Origin: an uncultured bacterium
GTDB lineage: Bacteria; Krumholzibacteriota; Krumholzibacteriia; Krumholzibacteriales; Krumholzibacteriaceae
Assembly (NCBI GenBank): GCA_963813815.1
Contig: CAWFAD010000012.1
Location: 128,001 to 192,000 of the forward strand
DNA: 64,000 nt
Direction of reading: 5' to 3'
In this document: one piece after another, positions 56,221-64,000 of the stretch
How positions within the stretch are numbered: the first letter of the stretch is position 1
Layout of the letters: every line of letters starts with the position of its first letter
Program-made: the position numbers and the translations under genes
Notes under the pieces: generated by a model
Told to the model about the DNA's origin: nothing
Database searches by the model: none
The model's input: the letters and a program-made list of their open reading frames with translations, nothing else

Positions 56221-58494
56221 TCACGGGGCGAGAATCTGCCATTCTCTGAATATCGTGTTCATGATCGAATCGACCTGCGCGCGGTTGAAATACCAGAGCT
56301 CGAACCCCAAATGGAAGCTCGGCGCAGCGACCTCGATACCGGTTTCGGCGTCGGGCACGACGTCCGCGTACTTCGTCACGAACACCGAGATCGCCGTCTT
56401 GTCGAGGACCGAAAGGGTGCTCTTCGAGCGCATCCGGAAGATCGGATGGAAGCAGGGCTGGTTCCTCGTGTAGTTCTGGTCCATCCAGTACTTCGGATCG
56501 TAGATTTCGGCGAGCGTGAAGCCGCCCGGACGGCTGTCCGTGAGCGGGGGGTTCAGGTAGAAGTACGATGTCGGCAACGTAACATTTGACCACAGGTAGA
56601 GCCGCTCCGGAAAACCGGGAATGCTGTCGTGCCATGCATCCGTCGTACGATAGCCGTTGGCCATGCAATCGAAGTTCTTGACCTTTCTCGGCGGCATGCC
56701 CTCATCGGTGCGGATCGTGCCGAGGATCTTGTCCAGCATCGAGATGCAATAGTCCTTGAACGGGAACGAGTTCACGCCGCTCGTATCCCCCTCGCATCCG
56801 GTTCTGTTCCCGGTGATCTCGCATTTGAGGCTCATGGGATAGCTCTGGGCGAGCGTCGGGAGACACGCGGCGAGCCCGCCGGTGCGCTCCGAGTTGCCCT
56901 CGGTGAGGAGATGCCCTCCCTTTGCGAGAAAGAGCGAGAGATAGTTCACCGTCAGCTTGGCTCCCGCGGTCACCTGGCTTTCGGGCGTGAAGAGAATCAC
57001 GTTGTCCCAGCATCCGTTGTCGAGCGCCGACGAGTAGGTCCAAATGATGTTCTTGTAGCGTCCGATGTACGAGATGAGCGGAGGCCGAGCGTTGTTGACG
57101 TAGTAAACGTCGTATACGTCCCGTGCTTGGTCGAATCCGGCCGTTCTCTTGCAGTACGTGAGCCAGAAATCGTCGTGTTCCTTCTCGTTCGGCAGCATGT
57201 AGTTGACCTGCACGAAATCAGAAGACGGGAAGTCGTCGACCCAGAGCAGATTGCGATCCATGGTGAAGGGCACGATGTTGATCTCGATCTGTCCGAGCGT
57301 CTCGGTCCCCGCGTTGTCGATGACCCGCACGAAGAGCGTGTGCACTCCCGAGTACCAGGTAGCCGTGCAGGCACGGATAAACGGGGAGCATTCGGAATCC
57401 CAGTCGCTCGGATTGTTCACGTCGGAGACGTCCCACCCGTACTGGTAGCAGACGATTTCGCCGCCGTAGCTTTCGGCGGTGGCCTCCCAGCGGAAGTTGA
57501 GCGTGACGCCCGGAGGTATGTCGCGCTTCTCGGCATTCAGGTTCGTGCCGAGGAACTGAAAGGTTCCGAGAAACGGCTCGGAGATGTTGAGCGTCGGGCC
57601 GGCCTGCTCCGACACGATGAACTGCCGCACGTTGGATTCGCGGTCGAAAATGCTCGTGACCGCTCCCGCCTCGTCCTTCGCCTGAACGGCGAAGATATGC
57701 GAGCGGTTCAACTCGAGAACCTCGTCGTCGCCGAGAATCGTGAGGCGCCCCGAATCCCCCTCCGCTCGATACCAAATCCACGATTGCCATTTGTCTTCGT
57801 AGCGTTCGGGGTGGTCGTTGAGGTCGGCGACGATGTCGAAGGTCGCGTCGTATACGCCGAGGGGATTGATGAGGAGACTGTACAGGTACCGGATGGAATC
57901 GGGATCCTGCGTGTTGTCGGGCGAATCGATCGGGTCGCGGCCCGTCCATCCGAAAGTGATGATGCGGCTAAGAACCTGGACGGAGGTGGTCGATGGAGGC
58001 CGGGGACGATCGATCGTAACGAACGGAGCGAGCGTCCACGCGGTGAACGAGCGGTACACGGGCACCGAGCGCTTTCCCTGCAAGTCGACGGCGCGCAGGA
58101 AGAAGGTGTGCGTCTTGTCGTACCGCGTATAGAGCGTGGTGCCGATGATCACGTTCCGGGAGGTGTCGTCGGCCGAAACCCTGAAGACGCTGTCGTGAGC
58201 GACGGTTTGCATCCACTTGTCGAGACCCGTCGTATCCTCTTGATTGAACCCGATCGGATCGCCCGCGGCCACGACGAACTCGTACGCCGTCACCTCGCCG
58301 TCGGGATCCCAACCGCCCCAGTAGAAATGCACCTGATATCCCGTCGTGTCCCCTTCCACGGGGCCGCTCGAAAGCCAGACTTCGGGCGGCAGGTTCTGGC
58401 CCCGTTCCCCGATGAGGGTGTTCTCGCACCCGAGCCCCACGGCGAGCGCGGCGAGCGCCGCGAGGACGCCGATACGCAGCAACGACGGTTTCAT
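56221..58494 (-). CDS. Large hypothetical lipoprotein
   Basis: GGAGG RBS, lipobox GLGC, NLPPEVWL...YQVHFYWGGWDPDG and HTFFLRAVD Ig/FnIII-like modules. Confidence 0.8.
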   Translation of the reverse strand: MKPSLLRIGVLAALAALAVGLGCENTLIGERGQNLPPEVWLSSGPVEGDTTGYQVHFYWGGWDPDGEVTAYEFVVAAGDPIGFNQEDTTGLDKWMQTVAHDSVFRVSADDTSRNVIIGTTLYTRYDKTHTFFLRAVDLQGKRSVPVYRSFTAWTLAPFVTIDRPRPPSTTSVQVLSRIITFGWTGRDPIDSPDNTQDPDSIRYLYSLLINPLGVYDATFDIVADLNDHPERYEDKWQSWIWYRAEGDSGRLTILGDDEVLELNRSHIFAVQAKDEAGAVTSIFDRESNVRQFIVSEQAGPTLNISEPFLGTFQFLGTNLNAEKRDIPPGVTLNFRWEATAESYGGEIVCYQYGWDVSDVNNPSDWDSECSPFIRACTATWYSGVHTLFVRVIDNAGTETLGQIEINIVPFTMDRNLLWVDDFPSSDFVQVNYMLPNEKEHDDFWLTYCKRTAGFDQARDVYDVYYVNNARPPLISYIGRYKNIIWTYSSALDNGCWDNVILFTPESQVTAGAKLTVNYLSLFLAKGGHLLTEGNSERTGGLAACLPTLAQSYPMSLKCEITGNRTGCEGDTSGVNSFPFKDYCISMLDKILGTIRTDEGMPPRKVKNFDCMANGYRTTDAWHDSIPGFPERLYLWSNVTLPTSYFYLNPPLTDSRPGGFTLAEIYDPKYWMDQNYTRNQPCFHPIFRMRSKSTLSVLDKTAISVFVTKYADVVPDAETGIEVAAPSFHLGFELWYFNRAQVDSIMNTIFREWQILAP

Positions 58495-58552
58495 GTTTCC
58501 CCGGACCTCCTCATCCCATCTTGCGGCTGGGATATCGAAACGCTTCAACAAG

Positions 58553-60511
58553 CTACCTCACGAGCTTCAGATACACGGTGCCGTTGCGGCCGACACGCCT
58601 CGCGTAGTTCGCGAAAAAGTAATCCGTCGTGATCCAGTTATCCGCCGGAATTACGACGCCGAGGCTATCGAACGTCGGGCTTTTTCCCCGAATGCCCTCG
58701 CTGAACATCTCCGTATCCTTGACGTCGGATCCGGTCACGTTGATGTACTGAGTCCCGAAAAAGGCGGGCGGATTCGCCACCACCGAATCGGTCTGCGCAA
58801 AAAGCTCCTCCGGCGTATCCACGTAGGGGACCGTTATGCTGAACGACACCTCCTGCGTGCACGTATTGAGCGGCTTGTCGAACTGCCATTCCCCCTCGCG
58901 GTAAAACGCGAGATCCTGATCCGGATCGGTCACGTAGTAACGCCACGCCTTGATGCCGGAGCCGATCCGATCCCGTTTGTCGTCATGCCCGCCGACCACG
59001 ATGTGCCACTTGTAGTATTTCGTGATCGAAACGCCAAGGACGGTCTTGAGGTCGTACGGGCATACGAGATCGCCCAGCGAGCCGCGGAGCGGCGCGAGCC
59101 AGCTGAACCGGATCGTATCGTTATCCGAGTAGTGGAAGAGGGTCGTCGTCCTTTGGTCGAAAAAGCCCGTTATCATGCTGTCGATCGATGGAACGAAGTT
59201 CCCGCTGAACGTCACCACGGCCGGCGTTCCGTCGGGCCGGCTCTGCTCGTCGTACGATCGCGCCAGGAACCGGTATTCGAACGAGCCCACCCGCATCGTC
59301 GTCGAATCGACGTCGCGGTTGATGTCCTCGACGTCCGCGTTGGGGTTGGTGTCCTCGGGGGTCTTGAGCGGATACCACGGCGACAGCTTGTCCGCGGTCG
59401 GCAGTCCGCTCTCGGAGATCGACCAGCGGTTGTACTGAAACTGGAACCGGATGGGCAGCGGGGGATTCTCGTACTGCAGGTCGTCCTTGGGATCGTCCCA
59501 TCCGCGGTACCGCATGCGAAGGCGCGCGTTGTACGGAAGGGTGTCCGGAATGCCGTCGCTGAAATCGACCGACAGGCTCTCCGGAAGACCGGTCGAGGCC
59601 GGCCAGTAAAAGCAATCGCCGCGCAGAATCTCGGTGTCCGGATCGTGGTTGACGACGACGCGGCAGACCCCCTCGCCGGTGATGATGTCGGATCTGGAAA
59701 GCGCGCCGGCCTCGTCACGGGCAATGACCTTGAAGTTGAACGCTCCGCTCGGCAGAACCTCGGCGCCGGTGTTGGGGAGCACGACCGATACGACCTCGTC
59801 CTGCCTCTCCGGTATGAGCCAATCGACGGTGCCGTCGCCGTCGTAGTCCGGATACACGACGCCGCCGTAGCTCCAGCGATACCCCGTGATGACGTTGTTC
59901 ACGGTCGTCCCGAGGAACTTGACCGTAAAGGGAGCGAACATGCTGATGGTATCGAGCGCGCTCGGATCGTAGGGCACGTCTCCGGCGCCGAAATTCAGCC
60001 AGAACTGAACCTTCGGAATCCCCCGGACGCGGGCGAAGAACTGAATCCGGGCCGGGCTGGGGTCGATGCGTCCGCCGTCGTCGATCGACGCCACATGAAA
60101 GGCCTGCCGGTTGATCATGGCGAGCTTGACGTCGTCGAATCCCTTGAAAATGATCACGGTGTCGGTCTTCGTGGTGAACCGTCCGCGCAGGTAGTCGGCG
60201 ATGCGCTGCTCCGGATTCCAGTCGCGCAGCTCCGTGTCGGGATTGCCTTCGGGATCGAGGGTGAGCAGGGTGTCGGATATGTACCAGATGTAGCGCTTGA
60301 CCGTTCCGTCATTGTCCGTCCCGTGCCAGAACATGTGGACGCGATAGTCCGTCGCGGTCGTCTCGGTCGGCGAGTTCGTGAGATACGTCCCTGGCGCCTG
60401 ATTGCGGTCGAGCGGTTCCGGCTCGCGCCGGCACGCGGGAAGGAGCATGAGGAGAACGAGCGCGGCCGCGAGCGCGGCCTCAACTGCGAACAATGCCTTC
60501 ATCCGTCCCAT
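58553..60511 (-). CDS. Large hypothetical lipoprotein, N-terminus paralogous to 56221..58494
   Basis: Lipobox LPAC; NQAPGTYL...YRVHMFWHGTDNDG; FHVASIDD..IDPSPA. Confidence 0.8.
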   Translation of the reverse strand: MGRMKALFAVEAALAAALVLLMLLPACRREPEPLDRNQAPGTYLTNSPTETTATDYRVHMFWHGTDNDGTVKRYIWYISDTLLTLDPEGNPDTELRDWNPEQRIADYLRGRFTTKTDTVIIFKGFDDVKLAMINRQAFHVASIDDGGRIDPSPARIQFFARVRGIPKVQFWLNFGAGDVPYDPSALDTISMFAPFTVKFLGTTVNNVITGYRWSYGGVVYPDYDGDGTVDWLIPERQDEVVSVVLPNTGAEVLPSGAFNFKVIARDEAGALSRSDIITGEGVCRVVVNHDPDTEILRGDCFYWPASTGLPESLSVDFSDGIPDTLPYNARLRMRYRGWDDPKDDLQYENPPLPIRFQFQYNRWSISESGLPTADKLSPWYPLKTPEDTNPNADVEDINRDVDSTTMRVGSFEYRFLARSYDEQSRPDGTPAVVTFSGNFVPSIDSMITGFFDQRTTTLFHYSDNDTIRFSWLAPLRGSLGDLVCPYDLKTVLGVSITKYYKWHIVVGGHDDKRDRIGSGIKAWRYYVTDPDQDLAFYREGEWQFDKPLNTCTQEVSFSITVPYVDTPEELFAQTDSVVANPPAFFGTQYINVTGSDVKDTEMFSEGIRGKSPTFDSLGVVIPADNWITTDYFFANYARRVGRNGTVYLKLVR

Positions 60512-60568
60512 AGTTCCCTTCTTTATGTCTTGTAAATCGCGCGCAACCAACATCCCAACGCTATATGT

Positions 60569-60596
60569 AATATAGGATTTAATACCGCCCTGTCAA
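60569..60596 (-). promoter_or_regulatory. Putative sigma70 promoter
   Basis: TTGACA-N16-TATATT in an AT-rich intergenic region. Confidence 0.5.
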
Positions 60597-60655
60597 ACTG
60601 ATTTTCACGGGGGGCGAGGGGGGCCGAAAGGCGTTCCGCGGCGGGGTTCGGAGGC

Positions 60656-60690
60656 AAAAAAAGGAGCCGGGAGCTGAGCTCCCGGCTCCT
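60656..60690 (-). terminator. Intrinsic terminator
   Basis: AGGAGCCGGGAGCT/AGCTCCCGGCTCCT stem followed by a T run. Confidence 0.85.
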
Positions 60691-60725
60691 GCCAGGTCAA
60701 TCAGTGAGACCCGGTCGACGCCATG

Positions 60726-63700
60726 CTACCGCAGCATGACCATCTTCTTGGTCTGGCTGAAGTCCTTGGTCTCCATCTTGTAGAAGTAGATGCCGCTCGC
60801 AACAGCGCCGCCACGGTCGTTCATGCCGTCCCAGGCGATGTTGTAGGAGCCCGCATCCTTCACGCCGTCAACGAGCGTGCGCACGAGCTGCCCGGCGACG
60901 TTGTAGATCTTCAACGTCACAAAGCCCTTCTCCCGCATGTCGATCCGGATGGTCGTCGACGGGTTGAAGGGGTTCGGGAAGTTCTGCGCGAGCGCGTAGG
61001 CCGACGGAGTCTCGTTGCCCGAAATCACGAGGTTCGTCTCGTTCTGCATCCAGACGAGCACGTCGTTCGCGATTTCGAACTTGTCCATCGGCACCGTGTT
61101 GACGTCGTCACGAACGTACGAGAAGCTGAACCCGAACCACATGGTGCGGACCGGGAACCCGCTCGTGTTCGTGGTCGCCTTCGAGATGGCGGCGTAGAAG
61201 TTCGTTCCGAGGTACGACGGATACGTCAGGGCGTACTTTCCGCCGGCCGTCTTCTCGAGGCAGTCGAACTGGTTGATGACGAAGCAACCGCCGAAGGCGT
61301 ACAGCTTGTCGGGCACGCCGCTGTGAACGAAGATGCCCGAGTCCGGTGTTGCCCGTGAGAAGCGGCGTCACGACGCCGCCGCTCAACCGGCCGCCCGTCT
61401 CTTCGAAGTAGCTCGTCGCGACGTAGTCGACGCCGCACCAGGAGCTCATGAGGAGAAGCGCGGAGCCGCCGGCCGCGCCGTCGAGGTCAAAGGCGATGTC
61501 GTCGCCGCAGACCCAGAGGCCGCACTGGTGCTCCGAGAGGCTCATCCAGTCGACGAGCATCTGGCAGTCGTTCGCCTTGTCGCTGTGGGCCGTGCCCTCG
61601 CTGATCGTCACGGACTCGAGATCGCCGCAATCCCACACGATCGTCTCGTACGTGCTTCTCAGCTGATAGTTCTTCGCACGGCTTCCCGGACCGTTCGAAA
61701 CGCCCGAGCTCGGGGCGTTCACGTCGTAGATGTCGATCTTGGCGTCCGGCAGAGCGAGCACGGCGTCGAACACCGGCAGCCAGTACTGCTCGACCGAGCC
61801 GAGGAACGATCCACGACCGGTGAAGTCGTCCACGAAGAGCACGTCGGTGTTGAGCGTCGGGAAACAGGTCCACTCGAAGTACGGCGGGCCCGAGCGCGAG
61901 TAGCGCGGGTAGCGCCGACGTGACGTTCTTCGCATCCACGGCCGTGAAGTAGAAATCAATCTTGTAGCCGCGGGTGAAGAGCTCGTCGTTGAGGTCGACC
62001 ATGAACTTGCCTTCGACGAGGCCAGCGCCCGTCCGGGCCGAGTCGCACTGGATCTTCGTCCAGACGCCGCTCGTGCTCACGTAGTTGAAGTTCACGAACG
62101 TCTCCGGATCGTCGTCGATGAGAACCGATCCGGCGAGCGACGCACCGGTGAGATTCGGCTTCGTCGGCGCGGGGCCGATGTAGGTCGCCTTCACGTTGAT
62201 GTACACGGCTGCGCCGCCGAAGGTGTTGTCCTCTTTGAGCCCGTTCGCGAGAAGCGACGTGCAATCGACCACGAGCGAGTCGCCCGGATGAATGACCGGG
62301 TTGTCGCCCGCGAAGATGTCGTTCGCCGCGTCGCAGCGGACGTAGCTCTCGATGTTGTACTCAGCCTCGGGGAAGTTGTCCTGGAAGAAATCCAGGTCGC
62401 GGTATCCCCACTGCGGACCGGCGGTCCGGTACCGGTACAGACGCACGTTGTCGATCCAGGGCGACGGAGTGTGCGCCGCGCAGTTGCCGTACGTGTTGTA
62501 CCAGGCGTCGCACATGTCCGAGCAACCGATTCTGAGCTGCACCGGATCGTTGCTGCCGATGAACTTGCTCACGTCGGCGCCCGTATAGATGTAATCCATG
62601 TCGGGGCCGTAGTAAACGAAGTTATCGTCCGCCCACTGGCCGGGGCACCCGTCGATGATCGACCGGACGGACCACGTGTAGAACACGAGGTTCGAGAGCG
62701 GCAGATCGCGGTACGAGGTGAACCGGAGAATGGCTCCGCCGAGCGCGTTCAGATCGGTCGAAGTGATAGTGCCATCCTGAACGTTGTTGCACGCCGTCGA
62801 GTACATCGTCATGTTGATGACCGGCGATACGATGCCCTCATCCTGGCACGGAGCGCTGGTGCCGCCGGGGCCCGTGCAGAACGGGGTATCGAAGAGACCC
62901 GGATAGCTCGTGCTGATCTCGCCGGAGCCGACGAAGAACACAACCTGCGTGGCGAAGTTGTCGCCGCACGGATCCTTGTCGGACAGGTTGTTGTAGAGGC
63001 CGGCGAAGCTGCCGTACGGAGTCTCCGGACGCGCGTGCCAGATCCCCGCGTCGGTCGCGTTGACGGCCGCGGCCTCGAAGTTTTCGTACAGGTTGAGGGA
63101 CGCGGCGTCCTGAATGCGCAGCGCGTCGACGATGGACGCGCCGTTCGTGTTCCACAGGCCGTCCTGATCGCTCCAGGCGCCGTCGGCCGTAAAGTGGAAG
63201 CGAAGCTTCGTCCGAGCCTGCGTCGTGTACACGAACACGGTCCCCGTCGTGTCACCGAGGTCGTCGAACTCCGCGAGCTCCACCCAGTTGCCGCCGCCGC
63301 CGTCGTATTCGATCCGCGTGTAATCGTATCCAGGCTCCGAATCCCATCTCAGCATGTACGAGAAGGTGATCGTGCCCTGGAATGCGAACGGATCGCTCGT
63401 CAGCATCTGGTTCCAGTAGTTGCCGTAGCCAGGCGCGTACTCCCACGAACAGAGGTACGGATCAACGAGATTCTCGCGGCAACCGCACCACATCGACTTC
63501 AAGCCCTCGAGCGGAAGCCAGTCGGTGCCGAGGCCGGCGAAATCGTCCACGTGGAAGAACGTATCAACCTGAGCCGTGTTATCGAGCTTGGTCCAGCCCT
63601 GCCAGCTATTCGTCTCGAACGTGTACCAGACCATGCAGTACGTATCCACGGCGGCGGACTCGTAGAGACCGCGCAGACCAGGATCGACCGACTCGAGCGA

Positions 63701-63823
63701 CTCTTCGCTCGACCAGTCTCTCATGGGACGCTTGCCAGGATTCGTTACTTCGCGGGCTGCGACCGAGCCGATGAGCAGGGCAACAAAGCAGACGCCTAGT
63801 AAGAGTACTAGTGCCTTTCTCAT
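60726..63823 (-). CDS. Large Cys-rich secreted protein (~1030 aa) with T9SS-like/FlgD-Ig C-terminal domain; frameshifts near 61905 and 61340
   Basis: Signal peptide MRKALVLLLG...AA; WDSEPGYDY (immune-inhibitor-A/MAM-like). Three ORF pieces join into one protein ending LAQNFPNPFNPST...WDG...ASGIYFY...KKMVMLR. Confidence 0.8.
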
Positions 63824-63890
63824 TATTGTTTTCCCCCCATCGTTAAGAAAACAACGATGTGTATCTACCGCACAACGAATTGAAGGATCT

Positions 63891-63906
63891 CCAAGCAAAG
63901 TGCCAA
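63891..63906 (-). promoter_or_regulatory. Sigma54-like promoter (variant -12)
   Basis: TTGGCAC-TTTGC-TTGG, ~68 nt upstream of ATG 63823. Confidence 0.4.
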
Positions 63907-64000
63907 ACCCCCTTTATATCGAATCATGTTGTATTTCATCACCTCCTTCCACGATCCGATGGCAAGCAGGGCTTCTTCCGTCAGAGTTCCGAAACTTAGT

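Overview
High-GC bacterial genomic window, almost entirely on the minus strand after 3.5 kb. Its gene content (many FlgD-Ig/T9SS-like C-terminal domains, PorV-like barrels) suggests an FCB-superphylum lineage such as Krumholzibacteriota or Latescibacterota; this is inference only. It opens with a partial XRE regulator, an LPS operon (GT9, waaA, radical SAM) and housekeeping genes (tsaC, purE, purD, LarA-like, arcC, aminotransferase), then envelope genes. The most striking element is a ~24 kb putative operon (42950->19097) with a consensus sigma54 promoter. It encodes a ~4950-aa Ig-repeat surface protein, a PorV-like/TPR protein, a 1410-aa membrane hybrid (RsbW-type kinase, HAMP, PP2C, transposase-like HTH and 3 STAS domains), an orphan ParA, a TPR protein and two stand-alone STAS proteins. 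Beyond it lie a CBM48 lipoprotein/beta-barrel cluster, a frameshifted and apparently mosaic ppdK, an S8 protease, DUF4438, and secreted proteins and lipoproteins. Several single-base frameshifts suggest sequencing or assembly errors. No rRNA, tRNA, CRISPR array or intact mobile element was seen.
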